DNA from: Eledone cirrhosa | Lineage: Eukaryota | DNA: 64,000 nt | Direction: 5' to 3' | NCBI GenBank assembly: GCA_964016885.1 | Contig: OZ024751.1 | Location: 4,030,001 to 4,094,000 of the forward strand | Part shown: positions 26,927 through 39,249 of the stretch, piece by piece | Numbering within the stretch: position 1 is the stretch's first letter | Layout of the letters: each line of letters starts with the position of its first letter | Notes under the pieces: model-generated | What the model saw: only the letters and a program-made list of their open reading frames with translations | Databases searched by the model: none | Told to the model about the DNA's origin: nothing | Position numbers and translations under genes: made by a program

Positions 26927-29900
26927 ATCGACGACTTTGAGATCTACGCATCTCTCTGTCAGCCGGGACCTGGGGGTGGGGTTGCCGTTTTGCTGCGGAA
27001 ACACCTGGACCTCGTAACACAGACGGTACATCTAGACCCGGAGGGTCGACTGGTGGTCCTAGACGTTGAGGGTAGTGAAGTTGGAGCCTTCAGGCTGGTG
27101 GCCGCATATTCCCCATCCGGGACACCGCGGCCAGACTTCTTCAAACGTCTAGAGAATTTTCTGGGAACGTCTCGCTCCCTGCTGTTAGTGGGGGACTGGA
27201 ATGGAATCCTAGATGCACGTTGGGACTATGTGGGAGCATGTCCCAATAGAGGGGGGTGTAACAGCCTCAAACAGTTAATCGGCCGATTTGACCTGGCCGA
27301 TAGATATCGACTAGATTTTCCGACTGTGCCACTGTGGACGTGGACTAATCGCAGCGGATCATCTAGATCGTACCTAGATAGGGTTCTAGTTAGAAAGAAG
27401 GATAGAGACATGTTAAGCTGTCCACAAATGTTCGTGGTTGCCTATTCAGATCACAAATTAGTGACCTGCTTAGTCAACCTTGACAAAACCCATAGACAGG
27501 GACCCGGCTACTGGAAGCTTAACTTGTCGTTACCGACATGCAAAGCCTACAGTGGACGGATTAGCACTTTAGTTAAGCAGCACTTGACGGGGGCCATTGT
27601 CAACAACAGATGGTGGTACTCTTTCAAGAGGGCAGTTAGATGATAGGTTTTAGTAAAGAATTAGTGTTAGATAGAAATAAGACCGAAAAAAAACTGGTAG
27701 ATAAAGGAGAAGAGGCACTTAGGAGTGGCAACGTGCTAGCGACGAGAACGGCCTTGGACCAGTTCTTCGACGCAAAGCATGAAGGCTGCGTTGTCAGAAG
27801 CAAAATACCTGCTCTGGGAAACGAGGGAGCCAAAGCTGTTAGCTGGGTCCGAGTGACGGAGGCGAAAAGTGGCAACAACAAGTCCACGATTCGGTCTTTG
27901 AAGGACCAAGACAGACACGTGATATGCGAGCTGAAGCAGCTGTGCGCGGCCTTTCAGCGGCATTTTGCTCAATTGTTCGGGCAGGGCGGCGCGCCGGGAG
28001 GGGCTATGGATTTTGGTCCATACCTCGACGGCCTACAACAACTCTCGGACAGCGAGGCGAAGTTCTGCGAAAGGCCGATTTCGGCCGCTGAGATAGGGGA
28101 CGCGCTGAGCCAATGCGGCAAACGCAAATCTCCAGGTCTCGACGGTCTACCCTACGAATTTTACGTAGAAATGCCGGACTTGTTCTCCAGTCTCCTGGAA
28201 GCGGTCTACTGCAACTGGCAGCAGAACGGGAGAATTCCCAGTTCTGTGACCAAGGGCGTAATCACGTTAGTCAGGAAGGACGAGAACAAGGAGGATGACA
28301 TAGGCAACTTCCGGCCCATAACTCTGCTCAACACAGAGTTACAGATTTTGGCCAAGGTGTTGGCAAAGAGGCTGGCACTTGTCGTGGAAAACCTGGTGGG
28401 AGAAGTGCAGACATGCGCAATCCCGACCAGGTCCATAGACGACAACCTCCACCTCATGCAATACATCATAGAGAGGGTGGGGTGTAAACCTGGCTTCGGT
28501 GGTGCCCTGATCAACTTGGATCAGTCTAAGGCTTTTGATAGGGTTGACCATCGTTACCTGGATGCGGTGCTCGAGGCGGCAGACTTCGGTCCCGTGTTGA
28601 GGGGCTGGATTTCTGCAATGTACAGCAGTAACATCTGCTCAAGGGTCAAGGAGAACGGCTACCTCTCGGAGCCATTCCATATCACGCGATCCATCCGACA
28701 GGGATGCCCTCTCTCCTCTCTTCTGTACGTACTGACTCTCGAGCCACTACTGCGGAAGTTGGAGCTATTGCAGGGAATCCCTTTGGAACCGGGACTGCAA
28801 AAAGCGGCGTCGGACTACGCTGACGACGTGAAAGTAATGGTGTCGAGTACCTCGCAAATCGGGGAGATCGGCACCTTACTGGAGGAATACGAAAGGTTCA
28901 CAGGAGCGAAGCTGAACCGGGACAAATCCGTCGGTTTGCAGCTCGCAACGTGGAGAGGGAAACCGATACCTTTCGATGGCGTCGTCGGACGCTGGACGGA
29001 AGGATCGGTAAAGCTGTTCGGGGTCTGGTTTGGTCCGGACCTTCAGGTGGAGAAGAACTCGAACGAGGTGACGGCCAAGGTGTTTGCACTCACCCAGAAG
29101 TTGGCCGAGTGCAAACTATCCTTGAAAGGTCGAGCGGAGGTGGCGAACACTTTTATAGCGTCCGTCATCTACTACCGCTTGACCGTCGTACCTTGTCCAG
29201 CCAAAACGCTCACCAAAATGGAGCACGCGCTCCTCCAATTCCTTTGGAAGAAACGGGCTCCATCTTCTGCCAACACCCTACAAACGGAAGGCTGGGGATG
29301 CCGTGGCTGACGATGCGCCAACACGCGTTCAGGCTGCGGCAACTCCACGTATTCCTCACCAGACAACCGGTGTCGGCCCTGTTCGTGAGGCGAGCCTTCT
29401 CACGACTCGTCTCGCTGACCAAGCTGCAGTCCTGGGTCAAGCAAAGACGGAGGAAAATGGGCGACTGGCATATCGAATGTGCTCAAGCTCTCACAGTCCT
29501 CTGGCAAACGGACCCGGCGATCAGTGGAGACTCCACTCCGACATTCTATAGAGGGTTGGTCTGCAGCAAGTGCGACGACACGCTCGGAGAAACTCTAGGT
29601 GTAGAGGAGGACGAACTGGCCAGTCTGTTCGGTAGGACCTTCTGCCTGGGACCAATGGACAACTTCCAAAAGTCCCTGGCCTGGCAGTGCTACCGAGGAG
29701 CTCTACCACTTCGAGACAAGTTCTACAGACACGGGCGCCCGGGTAGAGACCCTTTGAAAAAGATCTGTCCGAGATGCGCGCGCGACGAGGAAACCGTCGC
29801 GCACGCATTTGTACACTGCCCGGGCGTTACTGATCTGTGGGGCTATGTAGAATGACTATTGTCGCGGGTGGGACCAATCCGGTTGATCACCAAGTCCATT

Positions 29901-30430
29901 GTCATGATCAAACCGCCACCCTCCTTCAAAAGCGAGGGAGAGGCGGTTTTCCTATGTGTTATGGCTATGGTGAAAGAGGTTATATGGTGGACGAGGTTAA
30001 AAGGGCTGAGGACAGACACCTTTCTCTCCGGCGAGCAACTGATTCGTTTTTTCAAATATCATTTTGGAAGAAGAATCAGGATGGAGAGAGAGGTGCTGTA
30101 CCCCAGCAAGTTTTATGAAAGGTGGGTGAAAGTGGCAAAGATGGCTCGAGTGGTTGGGCCTTCTCTCTATATAAGCCTGTAGGTTGAGGAAAAAGACGAA
30201 GAGAGGAAGGGAGTACTCTCTCTTGGTGCTCCTGGAGATGAGGGTTGTACATTTTTTCGGGGTGTGTACAACTCCTGTGTAACGCCTCCCCCCTATTGGG
30301 GATATCAATTATTTGTTATTTTATTAGTAGTTTTATTTTCATATACCTGTATGTAAACTCCCCATTTGTATTTCTCCCTTTCTTTTGTGCCCTTGTGGCT
30401 AATAAAGAAATTTATCTTATATTCCTATAA
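26927..30430 (+). mobile_element. Tx1/L1-clade LINE ORF2 (APE, RT, CCHC), 5'-truncated, ~3 frameshifts
   Basis: GGVAVLL, VGDWNG, SYLDRV, SDHK and GPGYWKLN (APE). KSPGLDGLPYEFY, NFRPITLLN, DQSKAFDRVDH, IRQGCPLS and YADD (RT). CPRC-x7-H-x4-C, with AATAAA at ~30401. Confidence 0.93.
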
Positions 30431-30647
30431 GGAAAGTACAATCAACCCTAGGCGGCCATCTTTGTTTTTATTTTTCTCATGACGGGCTGAATGAATGGGG
30501 GCCCAGAACCCAACGAAACTTGAGTACCAGTTTATGTCACTGTTATAATTATATATATGTATATACATATATATATATATATTGAAGTATTAACACAACA
30601 GTTACTTCACCATACCGAGAACAATTGTGGTTATAACCATTACCGGT

Positions 30648-30688
30648 CCGAGCTGAGGACCCGCATAAGGGGAAACAATTGTTCTCGG
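30648..30688 (+). ncRNA. Minimal type I hammerhead ribozyme
   Basis: ccgag CTGAGGA CCC-gcataa-GGG GAAA CAATTG TT ctcgg. Stems I and II are perfect and stem III is palindromic. Confidence 0.82.
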
Positions 30689-30784
30689 TATGGTGAACTA
30701 ACGGTTGTGTTGATACTTCTACCAAACTCGTCCAATGAACTGAGTGCTCTACCACTACGGATATTACCTTCCAGTGTTCCACCC

Positions 30785-30893
<109 letters not shown>

Positions 30894-31129
30894 ACATATA
30901 TATATTTAGTTATTAGTTTAACAATGATAATAATAACAAAGGCAAGTTATTTTACATATTCCTTTCATTGTTTTACAATCGTTTCGGAGGGTTGATCATA
31001 TTGATATATTGACTGATCTATAGGAGTTACAAATGCTTAGATAACATTATAAATTGCTCGCGATTCTTTCAGAAAGATATATTCTTTTGATATTACAATA
31101 TTAAAGAAAATATAAAGGAAAGGGTGAAC

Positions 31130-31610
31130 AACCGAGCCACCACAAGAGCAAAAGACAGCAACGTCCCGAGGAGTACATGGCAACCTCTCTAATGATTTTT
31201 GAGGCAAGCCAGCATTGCCTCGGGTGATGGTGAGGCTAATGCACTGGAACAACCAAGCGCCCTTGCAAGATTCGCCAGTTACCTCTATTAGGCAAGCCAC
31301 CAGTAAAGAGGCAACATCGCAGTCAGCAGCCCAACTCCCCCAAACGTCTTGAATGCCACAGGCTGAAAAATGTAGCCGCCCGAGAGATCACAGTATTTGA
31401 GGGTCTTACTCCGCTCGGCTGCGGAAACTGTGGCTCTCGTCCAGGATGTGGGAAAGAGCAAAAGAGTCACTAACAGTGACGTCCCAGACAAGGCATCTGT
31501 CTCTCGACCAGAGGCACAGGGTAAGGCCGTCAGGCCTTTTGCCATCTCTTCTGGACAACCCAGATGGTTCTAAGATTGAGGGGATGTTCGCCCGGGCCAA
31601 AGCTTTCTTG
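31130..31610 (-). mobile_element. CRE-clade-like non-LTR 3' fragment (restriction-like endonuclease)
   Basis: LEPSGLSRRDGKRPDGLTL..W...CLVWDVT, K..KY..L...YIFQPVAF.TFG and FQCISLTITRGNA. Confidence 0.8.
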
Positions 31611-31710
31611 AGTTATGCTGTCTGACATAATATATGGGTTCGATCATACCGTCTTCTTCGGAAACAAACATTGTTTCCGAAGAAGACAGTATGATCGATA
31701 TATATATATA

Positions 31711-32005
31711 TCATCATCATCATCATCATCATCACCATCATCGCCATTTTATGTCCATTCTTCCACGCTAGCATGGGTTAGACGGGTTGTCCTGTTGTGG
31801 GCAGTGTCTGGTCAGCTGACCTTGTCTTGCTCATACGGGAACTGATTCTGGCTTGATTTGTACAGCTGGATGCCCTTTCTAACACCAACCTCATTTACAG
31901 TGAGTGCTGGGTGCTTTTTTTTCCGTGGCGGCACCTACACGTCCACTTTACAGTGTGGGCTGGGTGCTTTTTTGCTGTGGCACCTCCATGACCACTTTGC
32001 AGTGG
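31711..32005 (-). mobile_element. RTE 3'-UTR-only copy
   Basis: Reverse complement of 37400-37684, including the (gat)n tail. Confidence 0.85.
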
Positions 32006-32305
32006 AATGATAGGGACCCCAGTCCTATCATCTCATTTCTACAGCTGAGTAAACTGGAGCAATGTGAAATAAAATGTCTTGCTCAAGGAAATAACATATA
32101 CATATATTTAATAAAATGTAGTTTGCTTGAAGCATTGTATATAATATGTAATGTTGAAAGAGATAGTAGACTAAACAATGCAAAATGGATTGTGAGGTGA
32201 GAAGAAGTAACAAAAAGAAAAAGTAAGTTACCTGGTAAACTTTGCTTTGTTTTTTTATTGTTTTTGGGGGGATTTTTGTTGTTGTTGTTGTTGTTCTTTT
32301 ATTTG

Positions 32306-32343
32306 CCCAATATTTCGGGACCTAAAAGTCCCTTCATCAGGGT
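32306..32343 (-). ncRNA. Minimal hammerhead at the 3' end of a PLE
   Basis: Minus strand reads cc CTGATGA A GGGAC-ttttag-GTCCC GAAA TA TT gg. Stem I is weak. Confidence 0.65.
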
Positions 32344-32559
32344 TTAAGGAACTTTCAGTGGATAATGTTCCAATTTCCTCTCTTTGGGATAAAATTTTGA
32401 TTTAAATTTTTTCCAAGTCATTTCAAGCATATTTCGATGGTTATTTCGCTTTCCACGTGAATGACATCAATTGCCAATATAGAATTTTGTGAAATCAATT
32501 TTCTTTTTTGTATGAGATGTTTAGTTTTATGCCTGTGTGTGTGTCTTTTTATGTCAAGT

Positions 32560-33720
32560 AATATGTGCTGAGTTTTAATCTATTATTTATTTGTGCGTTG
32601 AGTCTTTGTATAAGCAAGGCTTCCTTAATTCTTAAGTTGCTCACATTTCTATCACTGGCTTTAATGGTAACGATAATATGTAGATTGATGTTTCTACATT
32701 TGTCAATGTATATGTGCATGTGTTGAGGTGTTCTTTAATGCGAGTATGGAGTGCTCGAGTCGTGCTACCAATGTAGAACTCCTTACACTTTTTGCATTCA
32801 ATCCAGTATACCACATGTCTGGCACATACCTGTATCGCTCATAGGGCAGTTAGTCAGCGAACATTGATTGTTGTTGTCTCTGGATTGCTTTTTAGACAGG
32901 TATCCACACAGTGAAGGGCCGGAGTGTGCTAACTCTATGTCCAGTCCTTCTTTGCAGACAGCTGTGGTTATGCTTTCGCTGAAATGTGGTAATTTCATGA
33001 AGCAGGTGTTAGAGGAGGCCTTACGCCCTGCAGCGCCTTTGATTCTTAAGTCGATTTATTGTGGATGTAGGATATCTGTTCGTCTTCAGTACATCTATGA
33101 AGTGTGCGGTGTGAATGATCTGGTCCTCTGTCTTGCTACATTTATTCCGGATATGCGTAAATTCATTTCTTATGTATCTGGTTTTAGCACCAAGGGGAAG
33201 GGTTGATCTATAATGCACAAACAGGTCTCTGCTGGCAGCTTTCTTATAGAAGTTGGTGTATATAGTACCTTCATCTGTTACTCTAAACTGGAAGTCCAGC
33301 AGAGACAAGGAATCATTTTTATTGGGGTGTTCTGTGGTAAATCATATGTTGTGTTCTGTGTTTGAAAATGCCGTAGATATTATGTCGGCCTCTTCATGGG
33401 ATGATGTGAGGATGAGTATATCACCTATGTATTGAGTGAAGAAAACACAGGAGTGGCAGTTGGTTCATATAGGTGATGGTTAAAAGGCCTGAAAGACTGG
33501 ACCCCATGGGTAGGCCTGTTGTTTGTTTGTATTTTGGTGGTAGAAAGTGAAATATGTATTTTCTACGACAGATGGAAGTTGATGTATGTCTTGTGGAATG
33601 AGGACCAAGCAGTATATGTTGTATGAAATGATGCACTCAATCACTAGGTTGACCACTGGATGAACCGGTACTGTCATGTAGAGGGAGACAACGTTGAGGT
33701 TCAATCTGGGATACAGCAAT
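32560..33720 (-). mobile_element. Penelope-like element (second family), decayed RT plus GIY-YIG
   Basis: GLPMGSSLSGLL, YIGDILI (YxDD-like), SLLDF...TNFYKK, then a Cys linker and EFYIGSTTRALHTRIKEH. Confidence 0.85.
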
Positions 33721-34296
33721 GTCTGTAACTTCTGTATATAGTTCCCCGCTGTTATGCCAAGCTGTTGTATGTGTCTCTCGAGATGACACAGAATTATTTC
33801 CCATTGATGGAAGGGTGGTATTCTCTTGCATGTTTATATATATAGGCTGGAAGGACGTTGAATTAATACCAGCAATCTTCGTTACTTTTATTATATATAT
33901 ATATATATATTTTTCCATCAAAGGCTTCAGGAGGCCATGACGCTATTATTATTAATATTATTGTTGCTGTATTCTATCGGCTATTTTGCCATGCTGTATT
34001 CTATCGGTTAGTTTGTTAGCCTTGACGGCGACCCTCTGTGCCTACCTCACAATTTCCCTCCCACCCCTTCACACCACCATAGCCTATTCGACCAATCAAA
34101 CCACAGCATGCCATTTCTTCTGCTACTACTACTACTACTACTACTACTACCTAACTAACTCTCTCCTCCCCTGCCCCAGCCCAACACACCCTGCCATTAT
34201 CCCACCACCACTGTTCTTCTAGCCCTCAATTTTCCTATCGTTATGGATGGATGAGCTGAGAATAAATTTGAGCAACTCTGAATCAATAGATGAAAT

Positions 34297-37200
34297 ATGA
34301 ATCTGCGAGCTACCAAGCACCCATGTGAAGCGCCAATCCAGAGACCCTTTCCTACGAGTGTCGACAAATGCCCAAAACTCCGAGTTGGTACAATCAATGT
34401 AGGCTCAATGAAAGGAAGAGCAGGAGAAATCGTAGAAATGCTAGAGCGAAAGGAAATTGATGTATGCTGTGTGCAAGAGACTAGATGGAGAGGAGAGTCT
34501 GCTAGAGTCCTTGTAGGAAAAAGTCGGTGCTACAAATTTTTCTGGGTGGGAAATGACGATGGGATGGGTGGTGTAGGTATACTACTAGCTGACAAGTGGG
34601 TAGATAAAGTAATCTCAGTGTACAGGGTAAATGCAAGAATCATTAAACTCAGACTAGTCCTGAATAAAACAATTACCACAATAATATCAGCTTACGCACC
34701 CCAATCGGGGCTGCCAGACGAACTTAAGGATAGGTTTTACGAGTCCTTAATGCACACTACTGCTCTAACATACGACAATGACTTCCTAATCATCGCAGGA
34801 GATTTTAACGGACACGTAGGTAAACACTGCGACGGCTTCAATAGAGTACATGGAGGCCATGGGGTTAGCACAAGAAATGAGGAAGGATTCAAACTTATAG
34901 AATTCTGCGATGCCAGTGACATGTCGATATGTAACACAAACTTTAAAAAACCCGACAACCACCTGATCACCTATAGATCAGGGGAGCACTCCAGTCAGAT
35001 AGATTTTATCCTCATCAGAGGACGTGACGGATGGACGGTCGTAAACACAAAAGCCTTCCCTAGTGAGGAATGTACATCCCAACATAGCTTAGTTGTCAGC
35101 GACCTCACGGTCAGAACTAGATGAACCTGGAAACAGAGGCCAACCTGGAGAAGAAAGATCTGGAAGCTGAAAGACCCCTCAACCAGTAACAGATTTAAAG
35201 ATATTTTACTCAACGCCTACGACAGTAAAGAAGAACAGATAGAGACATTCAATGTAGAAGAGAACTGGGAGTTCCTAAAAAATAATTTACTAGAGGCAAC
35301 AGATGAAGTCTGTGGCTGGAGTAAGACCTCAAGCAGGAGGAGAGTGACTTGGTGGTGGAACAATAAGGTAGATGAGGCAGTTAAGGCCAAGAGACAGGCA
35401 TGGAAAGAATGGAAGAACGGGGGGAGCAGGGTACATTACATAGAGACCAAGAGGGAAGTTAGGCGACAAGTATACTTAGCTAGGAGGGAAGCAGAGGATA
35501 GAAAATTCAAGCATGTTTTGCAACGTGAGGACCAGAAACAGGAGGTGTTCAAGATTGCGAGGCAGTGTGTCAGAGAGAGTTGTAATGTCATTGGAGAGAA
35601 GTGTATCCGGAATGATAAAGGTGAGCTTGCCCTCACAAGTGCTGAGAAGAAAGACGCATGGAAGAGTCATTATGATAGATTACTAAATGAGGAGAATGCA
35701 TGGGAAGAAGAGACCCTACCCCAAGTAAACCCTATAGAGGGGCCAGCAGTACAAGTCAGCAGCAACGTAGTGAGTAAGGCAATCAAAGATATGAAGATGG
35801 GGAAGGCAACCGGTCCATCGGGTATAGCTGCCGAGATGCTGAAGGCATCTGGGTCTGTAGGTCACACTATAACCACACGTATTGTTAACCAGGTAATACT
35901 AGAAGGTGTCATACCAAAAGATTGGTGCAGTAGCATCATTGTCAACTGCTACAAAGGTAAAGGTGATGCACTAGATAGAGGAAACTATAGAGGTATAAAG
36001 CTGATGGACCAGGTCACGAAAGTAACAGAGAGAGTTATAGCACAGTTGATTAGGGACCAGGTGAAACTAGATGAGATGCAATTTGGGTTTGTACCAGGAA
36101 GAGGCACCACTGATGCCCTCTTCCTTGTGAGGCAGTTACAGGAAAAGTACCTAGCTAAAAGTAAGCCACTCTACCTGGCATTCGTCGATCTTGAGAAAGC
36201 CTTTGACAGAGTTCCACGTGCTGTAATCTGGTGGGCTCTTAGAAAACTAGGAGTAGATGAATGGCTTGTGAAAGCGGTACAAGCCATGTATAGGGGAGCA
36301 GTCAACAAAGTTAGGATTAGCAATGAGTATAGCGAGGAATTTAGCGTACCGGTTGGGGTCCACCAGGGCTCTGTTCTTAGCCCCCTCCTGTTCATCATAG
36401 TCCTGCAGGCAATAACGGAGGAGTTTAAGACCGGATGCCCATGGGAACTCCTGTATGCTGATGACCTCGCACTTATAGCTATGGTAGAACTAGAGAAGAA
36501 ATTCCAAACTTTGAAGCAGGGAGTAGAAAGAAAGGGTCTCAAAGTCAACATGACAAAGACTAAGGTCCTTGTAAGTAGACGAGAAAACAGAACCCAGATC
36601 CCTTCAGGGAAATGGCCTTGCTCCAAATGCAAACAATGGGTACACAAGAGATGTAGCGGGATCTCAGGAAGCTTAATTAAGAATGTAGGCTTCACATGCA
36701 GCAGCTGTGCTGCGACAGCAAGCAGCAAACAGCCACAGGAAACAAGTACCACCAATCTCTAGGAGGGCTCTGTAGAAACAGTAGACAGCTTCTGCTACCT
36801 AGGTGACCGAATTAGCAGCGGAGGTGGGTGTTCAGAAAGTACAATAACTAGGGTAAGAACGGGATGGAAGAAGTTTAGGGAACTACTACCACTGCTAGCT
36901 GCAAAAGGCTTCTCCCTCAGAATGAAAGGCAGACTGTATGATGCGTGTATCTGAACAGCGATGTTGCATGGTAGTGAGACCTGGGCGCTGAAGGTGGAAG
37001 ACTTACGTAGATTAGAGAGAAACGAAGCCTGCATGCTCCGATGGATGTGTAACAGTAATATACGTGAACGACAAAGCATAAATGAATTGAGAGAGAGACT
37101 GAGCATAAGAGGAATCAAATGCTGTGTGCAGGAGAGGCGGTTGCGCTGGTATGGACATGTGATGCGTATGAAGGATGACAGCTGCATAAAAAGGTGCAGA

Positions 37201-37654
37201 GCACTAGAAGTCGATGGAAACTGCGGAGTGGGGAGACACAAGATGACCTGGGATGAGGTGATAAAAGCCGACCTTACCCAATTACACCTCTCAAAGGCAA
37301 TGACACACGACCGTGACCTCTGGCGTCACGCAGTAATACAGAGTACCCGACCTCCCATGGGTACAAGCTGAAGCATACAGACTATATGCCCCCACACCCA
37401 TCACCGCAAGGTGGTCGTGGAGGTGCCACGGCAAAAAAGCACCCAGCCCACACTGTAAAGTGGACGTGTAGGCGCCATGAAAAAGCACCCAGCACTCACT
37501 GTAAATGAGGTTGGTGTTCGGAAGGGCATCCAGCTGTAGAAATCAAGCCAAATCAGTTCCTGTATGAGCAAGGCATGGTCAGCCGACCAGACACTGCCCA
37601 CAACAGGACAACCCATCTAACCCATGCTAGCGTGGAAGAACGGACGTAAAACAG

Positions 37655-37684
<30 letters not shown>
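34297..37684 (+). mobile_element. RTE LINE, full-length ORF with three in-frame stops and no frameshift
   Basis: ORFs starting at 34297, 35344 and 36961 share one frame, with stops at ~35122, 36760 and ~36952. APE and RT (YADD) are otherwise intact. 3' UTR repeats and a (gat)n tail follow. Confidence 0.95.
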
Positions 37685-37687
<3 letters not shown>

Positions 37688-37856
37688 CGTTTCTGAATTT
37701 GTTTAGCAAGATTCTTTATCTGAAAACGTGTGTTGAAACCGATATTGTTATACTTTGGGAGGGTCATGGTGCCAATAAGAAACACACGCACCAGTGCGTG
37801 TGTTTCTTATTGGCAACATGACCCTCCCAAAGTATAACAATATATATATATAATTA

Positions 37857-37972
37857 ATTGTTTCTACTTTAGGCACAAGGCCAGCAATTACCCAGTGCAT
37901 TACTTGTACTTTATTTTATCGACCCCGTAAGGATGAAAGGCAAAGTCAACCTCGGCGGGATTTGAACTCAGA
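37857..37972 (-). mobile_element. 5'-truncated tRNA-derived SINE
   Basis: B-box and core match the family. Confidence 0.8.
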
Positions 37973-38785
37973 TTGTATATATATATATATAATTAATAAG
38001 TATGGATGAGGTGTCACATTATCATTAAGTTTATTCAGTGTGACACGGGTTTTGTGATTGATCAGCTCAAAGTTTGATCTCTATAAATTGGGCTTGATTC
38101 TGGAATCAAAAGTTCATCATACTTCTGTTAGCTTGATATATAGTATAAAAAAAGTTTCATACACTTAACATTGCAACCATTGGTTTCAGGGTCCAGTTAC
38201 GGCTACCTCTGTATATTGGAGGAGGCACTTTTAAACTAGAACTCAAAACTAATGGTCACACATACACGTTAAGTGTACAAAACTTTGTTTATACTAAATA
38301 AGCTCTCTGGCAACAGATTGGGCACTGTTTTCCTTGATCTTTCATCCACAGATTTTTACACACACACATATATATATATATCATCATCACCACTGTTTAA
38401 CATCCATTTCTCCATGCTAGCATGGGTCCGAAGAGTTGTCTCATTGTGAGACAAGCCAGGTTAGATGACTGTGTCTAGCTCATACAGAACTGATTGTTAT
38501 ATATATTTATATGTGTCTGAGTATATATTCATGGAAGATGGACGTTAAACGATGATGATGATGATGATATATATATGTATAAATATAAGTATGTACACGT
38601 ACATACATATGTATACAGACGTACAGTAGTATGTATATATATATACATACATGCACACATATATATATGTACGTATGGGTTTACCGAACATTTATTATAA
38701 TGTTCGGTTTGTTTGTAAACAAACAGCCCGAATTAAGCTGTACAGTGTTCAGCAACCATCGGTGCCCTTTTGTTCAACACTGACA

Positions 38786-38840
38786 AAGGAACGATGAACT
38801 AGTTTCAAGCTTATTAGCTATCATCAGCATCGTATACCTT
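38786..38840 (-). ncRNA. Minimal type I hammerhead ribozyme
   Basis: Minus strand reads acgatg CTGATGA T AGCT-aata-AGCT T GAAA CTAG TT catcgt. Stem I is a perfect 6 bp and stem III is palindromic. Confidence 0.8.
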
Positions 38841-39249
38841 CCTGTACGATGATTGAACGTTTGAAAGTATATACTTTCCTTATGCATATTAACGGCTGAG
38901 CAGCCTAATTTGCATATCGAGTGAGTTAGTCGGCCGGGCCAACCGAAAACGATAAATGGAAAAAATGAAACAAAATTTCATTTCTCACTCTTAGTACGGC
39001 TGTTACTTAAATATAAGTATGTACACGTACATACATATATGTATACAGATGTACAGTAGTATCTATATATATATACATACATGCACACATATATATATGT
39101 ACGTAGGTGTTTACCGAATATTTGTTCCTCTATACTGTACGTTTCTAATTGCACTTCCTTACTGTCAAAAGCATCAAGTAATATCTTTTAAATTTGTTAC
39201 TGGTTGTGGGGTCCTTTAACTTCATATTCTTTTTCTCAGTGTAGTCCTC

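Noticed and set aside
30965-31025. Hammerhead on the minus strand (ccGAAACGATTGTA)
   Set aside because: No CUGANGA core or stem II partner is present.
38130-38303. Imperfect inverted repeat
   Set aside because: Real but highly diverged, with no ribozyme core, TSD or family assignable by eye.
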